From: Octopus vulgaris
Lineage: Eukaryota
Assembly: GCA_951406725.2 (NCBI GenBank)
Contig: OX597816.1
Span: 41,354,001 to 41,418,000 of the forward strand
Length of the DNA: 64,000 nt
Reading direction: 5' to 3'
The notes beneath the pieces are model-generated. The model had not been told where the DNA came from. It made no database searches and saw only the letters and a program-made list of their open reading frames with translations. This document shows, piece after piece, positions 24,724-37,272 of this stretch. Numbering within the stretch: the stretch's first letter is position 1; each line of letters starts with the position of its first letter. The position numbers were made by a program, and so were the translations under genes.

Positions 24724-25264
24724 TGAGATACGGAATTATGTACATTATTTACAATGGACAGATAGGTGCCCTCTCTGTTTCTTGTTATCAAAACGTTTCA
24801 GGTGATGTACTCTCCAGTCTCTTTCAGGTGTTCTGTTTGAATTTCGAAGCCAACCATTTCTTTCACTAATGAAGTACATTGTTCTCATTCCTAAGGGATG
24901 TTACTGGTGTTATTTTTCTATTGATATTCGTTTTCAAGCCCCTACCTGTGATTGAACTTAGAATCCGAGTTAGTATTCCGCGCTCGTATCCACTACAATG
25001 TTATCCACAGGCATATAGCGTCGTGGATAGGAGCGCGGGCTACTAACCCTCGGATTCTAAGTTCAATCCCAGGCAGGGATTCGAAAAATAATATCAACAG
25101 AAAAAGCAATATACCTTAGGAATGGAACCAGTGTAACCCATTAATCAAATGAAGGGTTGGGTTCAAAATTCCACAAGACCACCGAACGAAGATTGGAGAG
25201 TATATCAACCGAAACGTTATGATGACAACAAACAAGATGAGGACATCTATCCGTCCATTGTAAA
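24724..25264. mobile_element. Diverged inverted pair of a tRNA-headed, HHR-like-motif-bearing element
   Basis: About 24745-24995 is a diverged reverse complement of 25015-25264; right arm has A box TAGCGTCGTGG (25016), anticodon-like arm GCGGG-CTACTAA-CCCTC (25035-25051), B box GTTCAATCC (25061); HHR-like CTGAA(A)GA...GAAACGTT in both arms. Confidence 0.7.
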
Positions 25265-25839
25265 GAGATTAGTTGGTGTAGAAAATGAACATAAAAGTGA
25301 AGAATTCTCCCAAAATATGGATCCGCGTCTAAAATTGAAAGACCATTTAGTGTTACTATATATGATGCCGTGAACATTAAAATGCTAGAGCGAAACAATT
25401 ATGCTGTAATAAAAAAAATCAATATCAATTAATTACAGATACTTCTGTATTTATAGACAGATATGAATGGTTGCAAATTCGAGACATATTTCAATAGGAC
25501 AGACATCCGAAAAGCACAAATTTCACTATATTAATAAAGATATTAATGAGAGATTAATTAAAAAATATGTACGCTAATATTCTGAGATTGTCTAAGTAAC
25601 GTATTGTCACATTTGAAAGAATAAAAGCCTTACCTGCAGCAGAAAAATAATAAGGAAATCTCATTTACTACCATGAATACAAGGAAGTAAAAATGTTTCT
25701 GTTCAATTTACGTGTGTGTACCTGTGTGCGCATCTGTAGGTGTGTGGAAAGGAATGCGTTTGTATGATTGATTGTGTACGGTATGTGTGTGAGAGAGAGT
25801 CTGTGAGAGTTTGTGTAATTGTGTATATGCGGATATATA

Positions 25840-26699
25840 CGAGATATAGTCAAAACGTATCCAAACTCGATATTTTTGAACAAAACAATGATGCGAAAGG
25901 GAAGTTCGCATAGGTAGTAGGTTGATGCATCCTTCCTGCGCATGCGCAAAAAGTTTTGTGTCTGTAGGTTGCACCATTCGCCGGCAGTGATGCGTTGAGT
26001 AGGCTGTACGATTTTTCTTTTGGAGTCAAGATGACAGTGTGCATTGAGCAAAGATACTGTATCAAATTCTGCTAAAAACTTGATGAATCGCAAGTCCAGA
26101 GTATCGAGAAAGTTCAGAAGGCATTTGGAGAAGATACTATGGGAAAAACAAATAAAGGAGTGGTGCAACCTGTTCAAAGATGACCGCACCTCAACGACAG
26201 TGAGCCATGTTGTAGCAGACCATCGTCTAGCAGAGACGACGAAATGATAGCAAATGTTTGAGGAATAGTTTATGAAGTCCGTCCTGTGACTATTGAGAAG
26301 ATTGTTGCCGAGGTTGCTATCAGCCATATGTGAATATAGTCAGTTCAGTCCAGTCATTTCATTCAGCCTACGTCGTGCAAGCATTCCTCTCAAGCGAACA
26401 CACCACTAGTTCGTCGTGTTTCCCACTCTGTGTGGTTTTTGGCTATTCCCAAAGCATAAAAATACACTCAAGAGGAGAAGATTTAAGTCAACAGAAGACA
26501 TTAAGCAAAATTCGACGGCGAAGCTCTACATCATCCTAGATGGTGATTTCGAGAAATTTTTCCAGCTTTGGCAGGAACGATGATAGAAGTGTGTAAACTC
26601 TCAAAGCGAATAATTTGAAAGAGGCTAAATCAAAATGGTGAATGTTTTAATATTACTTGTTGTTTGATCAAAGGTTGGATACATTATGACCTTACCTCG
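25840..26699 (+). mobile_element. Internally deleted mariner (Tc1/mariner) element
   Basis: 28-bp imperfect TIRs CGAGATATAGTCAAAACGTATCCAAACT / revcomp CGAGGTAAGGTCATAATGTATCCAACCT, TA on both sides; transposase remnants IKEWCNLFKDDRTS and FFQLWQER..KCVNS. Confidence 0.85.
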
Positions 26700-26719
26700 T
26701 ATATCTATATATATCTACA

Positions 26720-26928
26720 CGACAGATGATGAAAGTTCCTGGCTTTAATGTAACGGCATGGCTGGAGGACCAAAATTCTGATTTCTTTTGCAGAGCTTAG
26801 AAAATCTGCAGAACCGCTGCAATAAGTGTGTGAATATAAGAGGGGAATATATTCAATAAAATCATAATTAACTGATACTCCTATATTTTCTTTTACTCAA
26901 AACTAGAAACCTTGCAGCACTTACGTCG
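26720..26928 (+). mobile_element. Mariner-derived MITE-like remnant
   Basis: Imperfect TIRs CGAC...AAAGTTCCTGGCTTT / AAAACTAGAAACCTT...GTCG; transposase C-terminus AWLEDQNSDFF..NRCNKCVNIRGEYI. Confidence 0.65.
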
Positions 26929-26960
26929 TCATATATATGTGTATGTGTGTATATATGCAC

Positions 26961-26992
<32 letters not shown>

Positions 26993-27109
26993 GAGAAAAA
27001 GAAAGGGCGACAGAGAGAGAGAGAGAGAGAGTAAGAAAAGTCGTCAGAATTTTGGAAAAAAATCTTTTTATTTCGTTTTCTCTCGAACTTGTCAAATATA
27101 ATTTTGTGA

Positions 27110-27728
27110 ATATACAAACAGTTTGTTCATTTATGTAAAACATGTCTTGGGGTTAGGTTTTTTTAGAAGCGAACATTCTTTTTTTTTTTTTGGTGGGGGG
27201 CCGTGGGTTGAGGTTACATGACGATGGAGATGGATAGATAGAAATATAGGCAGGTCGATAGGCTGATAGACAGATAGATATTTAGATAAGTAGATAGATA
27301 GGTAAATAAAGATAGATAGTCAGAAAGATAGACAAATACGTAAGGGGAGAGAGAAAGAGAGAGAGAGAGAAGTGGCATCCCCCTTCCTATTCACCATTTA
27401 GTTATTTATTTAGTCATTTACCATTGTATTGGAATGAGTTTAAGTAAGATGACCTCTTCAAAAATATAATAAAAAATCATTTTGCTTTCTTTCTCTCTTC
27501 TTCTTTTCCCTCTTTCTTTTTCTCGTCTTTGAGTTATATTTAGAATACAAAATGTACTGTCTCTCTTTCCACACATTCAAATTTGGAGGGAATGTTTTGA
27601 TGAAATGTAGTTCTGCTTGAAAAAACATTAGTATAGTATTTGCAAATTAACAATTTAAAATAAAATAAATATATAAAATAAAATGAAAAAATGTATATAC
27701 ATTTATATATATACGTAAAGCTAGAACA

Positions 27729-27779
<51 letters not shown>

Positions 27780-28175
27780 GTGAATGTTTGAAGATGGAGT
27801 GGATTATTTGCATTTTTTATTCCAAATGTGGCTCATTTCTACAAATGTTCAGATATATATATATATATGTATGATTGTGTGTGTGTGGGTGTCTGTGTGT
27901 GCGCGTATGTTTGTGTGTGTGCGTGTGTTTGTCGTGTGTGTGTGTGTGTGTTTAGGTGCATGTCCATATTTATACTATGTAACTTCGATCACGCCTCTTT
28001 CAATTTCAGGATTTTGTATTAAGGAACACTTACAAAATGTAGTGTCTCTGCTTTTCTTTCAAACCTTCTATTTTGGAAAGAAATTTTTGATGAAATGTAG
28101 TTCCATATCTATTCGTTATGGCGGATCTTCCCGTGCATATTTGTAAAAGGGAACAAATTTTGAATTTTGAAACGC
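27110..28175 (+). repeat. About 1-kb diverged direct duplication, copy 1 (copy 2 at about 34090-35160)
   Basis: Collinear blocks, e.g. CCCTTCCTATTCACCATTTA (27381/34272), GAGTTATATTTAGAATACAAAAT, TAACTTCGATCACG. Confidence 0.85.
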
Positions 28176-28504
28176 ACTTCATGGGCGTTTATTTACAAAT
28201 ATCTTCAAATGCTCTGCCTCAATACTGAAATTAATTAATATGCCCGCGATCTCTTAATAACAATTTATTGATATGAATCAAAGTAAAATTGACACCGGAC
28301 ATGCACTGAAGTTTTCGTTAGTAGTTGAAAGTTATGCTCACCGCCTTCGTGTAATGCATAACTTAACCAATGAAAAGATTTTACAGGCAAGTGAAACTTG
28401 TTACTTTAATCATTCAATTCACTGTTGTTCCTTATTAACACTGTGCCAGAGCAGTGATGATTATTCCACAAATATGTACATACATGCCTATTTATCGCAT
28501 ATAT

Positions 28505-28710
28505 TAGTTTCAAATTTTGGCACAAGGACACCAATTTCGGGGTTTAGTCGATGTTGCCCTCAGGGCTCAACTGATAGTAATTTTATTGACCCCCAAAGAA
28601 TAAAAGTTTATGGCGACCACATCGCAATTTGAACTCAGAACGCGAAGGCGGACGAAGTACCGCAAAACATTTTGCATGGTGTGCTAATGATTATGCCAGC
28701 TCACCGCCTC
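28505..28710 (-). mobile_element. Degenerate SINE family A
   Basis: Minus strand GGCGGTGAGCTGGC head and GTTCTGAGTTCAAATT B-box region. Confidence 0.7.
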
Positions 28711-28934
28711 ATTCAGCGCACGTATTAAAAATGTATGTGCGTAACCCCCTTCAGTCATGAATGACCATGGGATTGCAACTAAAATGTTACCCTCCGAGGC
28801 GCAAGTCTGGGCAAGGTTGTTAATGGAAGACCAGCAGTCGCTCACGCATATAAACCTCCCCCTTCCACGCCAACGATGTTATCCAAAGGATAAAGCTAAG
28901 ACCGATACAACTTGGCACTAGTGACGTCGCAGCT

Positions 28935-29250
28935 CATTTATTAACGTGCAAGTGGCTGAGCACTCCACAGACGCGTGTACCCTTAACGTAGTTCTCGGGG
29001 AAATTCAGCGTGACACAGAGTGTGACAAGGCTGGCCCTTTGAAATACAAGTACAACAGAAACAGAAAGAAAGAGTAAGAGAAAGTTGTGGTGAAAGAGTA
29101 CAGCAGAGTTCATCACCACCACCTGCCGGAGCCTCGTGGATCGTTATGTGTTTTTGCTCAATAACCATTCACAATGCCCGGTCTGGGAATCGAAACCGCG
29201 ATCCTACTAACGCAAGTCCGCTGCCCTAACCACTCGGCCATTGCGCTTCC
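28935..29250 (-). mobile_element. tRNA-derived SINE family C (partial second copy at about 36930-37160)
   Basis: Minus strand GGAAGCGCAATGGCCGAGTGGTTAGG...GGTTTCGATTCCC head; body CCTTAACGTAGTTCTCGGG..ATTCAGCGTGACAC shared with 37041-37085. Confidence 0.8.
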
Positions 29251-29274
29251 ACATTAAAACTGCTTGACAATATA

Positions 29275-29567
29275 GTACCATCAATTATATGCATAACAAT
29301 AAAATTACGTAAAAATAATTAATAATGTATTTAACACGCAGGTGAAATACTTCCATGTAACAGAATGATTTCCAAGCAGACATTCAACAAATAGTTCAAC
29401 GCCGTACAATCTCTCGGGCTCTTTGAAGGAATATTTCATTTTCGTATCAATTTAACCAGTAAAATATTCTTCTTCTTTCTGTTACATGGAAGTATTTCAC
29501 CTGCGTGTTAAATACATTATTAATTATTTTTACGTAATTTTATTGTTATGCATATAATTGATGGTAC
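29275..29567. repeat. 91-bp inverted repeat with about 111-nt spacer
   Basis: 29275-29365 is the reverse complement of 29477-29567, with no mismatch seen. Confidence 0.9.
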
Positions 29568-29722
29568 AAACAATTGTATTAGTATGGCGCTCAGGAATAT
29601 AAATAAAACAAGTGTTTTACGTTTCGAGCCTACGCTCTTCAACAGAAAGATACACAGAAAAGAAACACGGAGAGAAACAAGGAGAGAAAAAAAATGCGTG
29701 CAGAGGCTAGCGAATCAACATG

Positions 29723-29726
<4 letters not shown>
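29566..29726 (-). mobile_element. Short HHR-like-motif element, 3'-shortened copy of 53047-53257
   Basis: Near-identical to 53099-53257; same right-hand end AATCAACATGG(T/C)GA|(TA)n. Confidence 0.8.
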
Positions 29727-29765
<39 letters not shown>

Positions 29766-30539
29766 GCATATACATAAACGTATAATTGCAGATATGTGTT
29801 TATATGTTCAGCTCACTCTCTCCATCGAATCAACGTTGTCTGAACAGCTGCACGGTGTACCACGCGTCAAGTATCGAAGTGATTCCAGAGCAACGTGATA
29901 TAAAGAATTTTGTTCAAGAACGCAACGAATCACCCAGTCCAGGAATAGAAACCACGATCTCACGACCGTGAATGCAAAAGCCTAAACACTAGGCCATGCG
30001 CCCTCATATTTGTATATAAATAAACACCACACACACTCACACAAACACACACTGACACACACACGAACACACACACATATATATTTGTTTGTGAGTCTGT
30101 TTTTGTCCCCCTCCCCACATCGCTTGACAACCGATGTTGGTGTCTTTGCGTCCCCGTGTCTTAGCGGTTCTGCAAAAGGGTCCGATAGAATAAGTACTAC
30201 GCTTACAAATAATAAGTGTTGGGGTCGATATGTCCGACTAAAGGCGATACTCGAACATGGCAGCAGTCAAATGACTGAAACAAATAGAGTATAAAGAGAG
30301 AGAAAGAGAGAGAGAGAGGGGGGTGTTAGAAGGGTGAAGGGATAGTTTAAAGTGCCAGTTGAATGGAACTTACAATCAATGGTTTATTCAAAGTATTGAC
30401 TGTGCAAAATTTAGGCAAGATTTACCTTCGGTGCAACACTAACTTTACAATATATTCCATTTTTTCTCTCATTATTGAGTCATCCGCGCTGTTTTCCATA
30501 AAACATTATTTTAACTTTTAAAACCGGCGACGAATATGA

Positions 30540-30580
<41 letters not shown>

Positions 30581-31299
30581 GACAAGCATATGTAAGTCAT
30601 ACGTACATACATACATACATACACACATACGTATACGATACAATATTTATAATACACACTTACGTATATGTACAAATACACACAAACACACACCCACTCA
30701 CACTCACACACACACACACATATATATATATGAATTAAATTGGCCAAGGTGGGTTTTCTTCATTATATACTAGACCTCAAGTGAAGCAGATATTTTCCTC
30801 ACAGAAAGTTTAAATAGCAAATTAGTTTCAGCCATTGTAATTGCAAACACACGCAGATCTAATTAATTAGAAATATCGCTACTTGCATCAGCAGAAAATC
30901 TGTTTGTCGGCAAAGACACTGAAAGAGATAGAAAGAGAGGAAAAGAGAGGAGAAGACATAAAGAGAGAAGGCAAGAAAGAGACAGAAAAGAAGAGTTAGA
31001 AAGACAGAGAGCTTGATGTTCATCAGGTCAAACCGCCTATAACATGTCACAGTACTCTCAACGATAACTATGTGTATATGCAAAATCTGACACCATACAC
31101 TAAAACTGAAAAGGATTTATAAAGTAAAATATAATCTAGCTTAATCCTCCGTTCATTCTTCGTTGTAGGCACTAATTCTTATTGAAATTTCTGTTCCTGT
31201 TTACACACAATTTCCCAAGGACACTCCAAGTGCATAAACTTTTATGCGCACTGCGTGAAGATTAGCTACATTTGCTGAAATAATATTTCTTCCGTCATG

Positions 31300-31660
31300 A
31301 GGCGGCGAGCTGTCAGAAACGTTAGCACGCCGGGCGAAATGCTTAGCAGTATTTCGTCTGCTGCTACGTTCTGAGTTGAAATTCCGCCGAGATCGACTTT
31401 GCCTTTCATCCTTTCGGGGTCGATAAATTAAGTACCAGTTACGCACTGGGGTCGATATAATCAATTTAATCCATTTGTCTGTCCGTGTTTGTCCTTTCTG
31501 TGTTTAGCTCCTTGTGGGTAGTAAACAAACAGGTATTTCGTCTGTCGTTACGTTCTGAGTTCAAACTCTTCCGAGGTCGACTTTGCTTTTCATTCTTTCG
31601 GCGTCAATAAATTAAGCACCCTTCTCCAAAATACCCCGCCTTGTACCTAGAATAGAAAAG
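31300..31660 (+). mobile_element. SINE family A, dimeric form (another partial copy at 32150-32292, minus)
   Basis: GGCGGCGAGCTG head, GAGTTGAAATTCC B-box region, GCCTTTCATCCTTTCGGGGTCGATAAA core; second body starts at GTATTTCGTCTG near 31533. Confidence 0.85.
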
Positions 31661-33442
31661 AATATTGTTTCAGTCATCGTAAGTTATTATCAAAATGCAC
31701 GCACTTATAAACTCCTTTTAAGATTGTATTTTCCAAAATGCTTTCAACTGCTCACCAATCAGTAAATATGAGTCGAATCCACAGCATAAAAGCAAATGGT
31801 TACAAGCCGAGATTTACACCAACAGGTTTAGTGATAAATACATTTTCACGTGCCTTCATCTAAGGAAACTGGGATCAATTTTATGACATCTACCCATCAT
31901 ATATCGCATTAGATAGGCCGGTGTTCGTAATTACCATATCTGTCTCTTTGAGGTACTGTATAAAATACACTAGATTTCATCAGCAGGCAAACAATTCCAT
32001 CTCTCTTTTCATCAGAAGATAACGTCCTCTTAATGAATTTAAAATATTTAGACGCTGATATGTTAAAAAAAAACAAAAAAAAACAAAGTAAGAAAAACAC
32101 AACGCTAACTGTTCTGTGCTCGATTGTAGTGTAAACAATTCCATCTTGCCGTTAACTGGTACTTATTTAATCGACTCCGAAAGGAAGAAAGGCAAAGTCG
32201 ACCTCGGCAGAATTTGAACTCAGAACGTAAAGCAAGCCAAAAATTTTGCTAAGCCTTTCGTCCAGCGTGCTAACGTTTCTGCCAGCTCACCGCATCATCA
32301 ATTTCTGGCGTATCAGAGTTCCAAATACATTGAGGTCATCCATCTCCCAGGTCACCAAACATGTGTTATACTTTAAAGTTGCTGCTGGTTTGTCAAACTA
32401 CTCCCATGATTCGGATTCAGAGGCGGATGTTAATAGTAATAATTTCCTTTGAATCTATCTTTAAATACAACTGTCTCTTGCTCATGAAGATGTACATCTA
32501 AGTTAAGGGAAATTAATATTCTCAACTTTCATGGCGAGGTTCTTTGTTTAACATCCGTTCAAAATATAAGTAGGTGTCTATATACTGGAACCGTTATATA
32601 ACCCGAATAAACCGGAGAAATATTACGCAGAATACAATGGTAAATTCTTTTAGGACTTGCAGATACATTGCCATTTAGAACTGCTGTGAATTAATTGTCA
32701 AATATGCTCTTACATCTGTGAAACTGTTAACGATGTGGTACGCAATCTGTCTTCTCTCCTCTCTCTCTCTCTCTCTCTCTATCTATATATCTATCTCTCG
32801 CACATACATACACATACACATGTGTGAATGCACGTATATGTTTATAATCTGATTTTAAAAATATCCATTTGCACATGAAATAAAATTCAAAAAATCTAAA
32901 CCATTTTTTGATTCTCGTACTTAAAATAAGACATAAATACTAAGCTATATTCTATGATCATAAGTAAAAGCACAAATGCAATGCAACCTGCTGTAAACTG
33001 TTCAGCTTACCTATCACCATAATGACGTCTCTTGAAAATAATAGGTTCTTTTGAAATACTAATTAGACCCAAGCTAGATATTGGAGACAGAATAGATCAA
33101 AACATGATTAATTATTTTGTTTTTATATTTAATCTTTTAGTCCGACCTTATTACTCGGATGATTAGACTTTTTGGAATTCATCAAAGACATCATTAATGG
33201 AGAAAATTTAATTGAAATTTACATTAACTTAACATCTCTACGTCCGCTGTTCCTGTAATTAAAACATCTGTTCATCTGTGGTTTTCGGTATGTCAATCTA
33301 TGACGATTTATTCAGTCGCATACTTTTTTTCAGTTTAATACACTATTTAAATTAAATTCACCCTTTCATTCACTTTTGCCTCCTCCTCCTCCTGCTCCTC
33401 CTGCTCCTCCTCACTCTCTCTAATATGTATATATATATGTGT

Positions 33443-33476
<34 letters not shown>

Positions 33477-33510
33477 TGTGTTTATTTATATATATATATA
33501 TATATATGTT

Positions 33511-33541
<31 letters not shown>

Positions 33542-33557
33542 GTATATATATATATAT

Positions 33558-33599
<42 letters not shown>

Positions 33600-34089
33600 T
33601 GGACTCTCCTGGCAAAGATGGCGTTTCCGAACCACCTGCACAAATGATTTGTTTCTAGTGGGCATATGTTCGTGCTTCACGTTAGCTCTCTCTCTCCATC
33701 AAATCGACGTCGTCTGAACTGTAATACTGTTATATGTGTATATATGTGTATATGTGTGTGTGTGTGTACGTGTGTGTTTTTATAGATGAAGAAAAAGCCG
33801 GAGTATATGTGTGCATATGAACATGCACATATGTATGTAATTATATCAACAGAAACAACAAGCATATAGGGCCGTTTACCGGGATTCACTAGCGTATATA
33901 TTCCCTCCCTAGACCAGATCCCGGTTGGTCGCCGAATGACTCATTTTTGCCAGCTGAGTAGGCTGGTTCAACGTGCAATAATCTGTTTTGTTCCAGAACA
34001 TAATTAATGACTTGGTCCAGAAAACGAAACAACGATATTACGAGCAAGAGTACAACACACTAATAAATAAGCCAAACATCTCCACTTGT

Positions 34090-34644
34090 ATTGAAACAAG
34101 CTGTTCATTTATATCAAACATATTTTTTAAAGTTTTGTTTAGAAGAGAACGTTGATTTTGTTTTGTGGGTAAGGTTCCACGACAATGGAAATGGATAGAT
34201 GGAAATATAGGTAGTTTGATAGATAGTCAGACAGACAGAGAGGTAGAGGGAGAGAAAGAGATCGGGTATAACCCTTCCTATTCACCATTTATTTATTTAG
34301 TCCTTTACTATTGCATTGGAAGTGGTTTAAGGATGGGAACCTCTTCAGAAAACAAAAAAAAAAAAAAATACAAGTGCGATTTGGTCATCACTGAAAGTAA
34401 TTTTGCTTTCTTTCTCTCTTCCCATTTCCTTCTTTTTCCCTCTTTCTTTATTTTCTCCTTTTCTTTGAGTTATATTTAGAATACAAAATATACTGTATCC
34501 CCTTCAAATTTGGTGGGAATTTTTTGATGAACTGTAGTTCTACATGAAAAAATGCATAATATCTGCAAACCAACAATTTAAGAAATGAATAAATAAATAA
34601 ATAAAATAAAATGAAAAAATATATATATGCGTAAATCAATAAAT

Positions 34645-34698
<54 letters not shown>

Positions 34699-35160
34699 GT
34701 ATGTATATATATATATATATATATATATGCGTAAATCAAGAACATCCCAATGCTACACATATATATCTGAACGTTTGTAGAGATGAGCGTCATTTGGAAT
34801 AAAAAATGCAAATTCTTCACGTTATCTTCAAACATATAATTTCGGAGAGAATCCCTTGGTGAAGCGCATGTGTGTTTATGTGTGTGTGTGAGTGTATGTG
34901 CGTGTTTGTGTGTGTGTGTGTGTGTGCATGTGTTTGGGAACATGTCCATGTTTATACTGTGTAACTTCGATCACGCTTCTTTCAATTTCAGGATTTTGCA
35001 TTAGTGAACATTAGTAAAGCACTTACAAAATGTAGTGTCTCCGCTTTTCTTTGAAACATTCAATTTTTGGAGAGAATTTTTTGAAGAAATGTAGTTCCAT
35101 TGCTTTTTCGGTATTGCGATCGTCCCGTGCACAATTGTAAAATAGAAGAATTTTGAACTT
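34090..35160 (+). repeat. About 1-kb diverged direct duplication, copy 2
   Basis: Collinear with 27110-28175 except for an inverted internal block of about 85 bp. Confidence 0.85.
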
Positions 35161-35164
35161 TTCG

Positions 35165-35860
35165 TTGCTGCATATTTCCAGATACTTATTTAATGGAATC
35201 TTGCGAAATTCTTCTTGTCAGATATGTTGCCTGTAGATTCTTGCCCGTTGGCAGAGGTAAATTATTTGTTTCGCCAATGTAATTGTCTTTGCAGTTTGGG
35301 CAGGTAATACAGTATATAAGGTTTTGCAGTTCATATCTGCATTTATTTTGAAAAGAGATCCGCTTTTGAATTTTATGTGGGAACCACTTTCCAAATATTT
35401 GAAGTTGTTGATATTCCACATCCCCTATCTCCACCTTCTCTTACTAAGAATTCTGATTCATTCTCTGATTTGAATTCTGCAACTGTGAGTTGTTTTTTAA
35501 GATGATTTCGTTGTTAACTGCTAATCCGTAAGGTGTTCTTTTTTCAGTCAGATTTTTTAAATTTTGGGACTTTGTAGGAGTATAGGTAAGTTCGATTTTA
35601 TGGCGTGAAAGATGTAGGTTATTCCAAGTCTGTGTATGTTAACAAATGGAATCAGGTTTTCAAACTTCTAAAGCCTTTGTACCATTCAGTACCCAGTTTT
35701 GTACGGGATGCCGTATATTTCATCCAACACATCCCTCCCTCCCGCTGTCGTAGAAGTTACTATACTCACAAGAGTTATCCCATCCCGCTCAAGAGGTCTC
35801 TGAATAAGGTTTGTTTAAGGATGTTGAACAAAGCACTCATGTTTCCAAAAATGAATAATA
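35165..35860 (-). pseudogene. Decayed PLE linker/GIY-YIG fragment
   Basis: LKKQLTVAEF..YLESGSHIKFKSGSLFKINADMNC / NLIYCITCPNCKDNYIGETN / QRARIYRQHI..RKIPLNKYLEIC, with frameshifts. Confidence 0.8.
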
Positions 35861-36794
35861 TAAACCCAAAATAATTATTTTTAAAACATGGCTATGATGC
35901 TCCCCCCACCACTTCTGCTTGTGATGAAAGATGCACAGATCGCCAACCACTAAGGCTCAACTAGTTAAGGTCAAGTAACCGAGAAGCAAATCTGTGGTAT
36001 TGAGCAGAATATTTGCTGTAGCCCATCTTTTATACCAAGACAAAACATTTTACATGTTAACACTTCCAATATATATGTAAACGGTGAATTCGTAATCGAG
36101 TTCAACATCGAAATATTTATCCATTGAATTAATGTGTATTCCACAGTCGAATGTGTCTTTGAGATAATTCTCAATAATTAGAATGATTTTTGACTCATTA
36201 TTACAAGACTGGCTATTTGAATTGCAGATTGATTCCATCCTATAGCATTTTACTATTTCAGTCTACCCAGTTGTATTCTCAAGTTCTGTGTCACAGCGAA
36301 CCTACGTCAATATCAATTACGCAAGAAGGTAAACAGCGATAAATGCTTACGCCATTAAACATAACTATATATAGTTATATATGTATATGTGTGTGCTTGT
36401 GTGTGTGTATGTGTGCGTGTCTAAGAGAGAAAGACATTGGAAGAAGACTCTGACAGTGATTAAATTCATTCAAATTATTTCAGGCACCATCAATATTGAT
36501 CGTTCTATGACGTAAATTCGCACACAATGAAATACTTCTACCCGTTGTGTTACACGTAAATCGAAAGAAGGATTTCAAATGTATAAACGCAAAATTGAAC
36601 CGAGTGGTATTTAAAATTGCTAATATAAAAGTTGACATTTTTGTTGGTAATCTATTGTTTATCCCAGTTCATTGATATTATATTAATAATTTTAAATCGA
36701 TATTTTGTTTTCATAATACACAGACGACATATATTCAAACAGTGTGTGTATAAATGTATGCATACTAAGATATGTTCTTATATTTGTATATTTG

Positions 36795-36838
<44 letters not shown>

Positions 36839-36839
36839 C

Positions 36840-36916
<77 letters not shown>

Positions 36917-37199
36917 ATGTATATATATCGTGGCACTCCATCGGTTACGACGACGAGGCTTCCAATTGATCTGATCACCAGAACAGCCTACTCGTGAAAT
37001 TAGCATGCAAGTGGCTGAACACTCCATAGACACGTGTATCCTTAACGTAGTTCTCGGGAAGATTCAGCGTGACACGGAGTGTGACAAGGTTGGTCCTTTG
37101 AAATACAGGTACAACAGAAACAGGAAGAAAGAGAAAAAGTTATGGCGAAAGAGTACAGGTTTCTCCATCACACGTACGCACACACGCACACACACACGC

Positions 37200-37272
<73 letters not shown>

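Noticed and set aside
25010-25080. Functional tRNA gene
   Set aside because: Acceptor and T stems do not pair; kept only as a tRNA-derived head. The same applies to SINE heads at 8341, 23695, 29250 and 42660.
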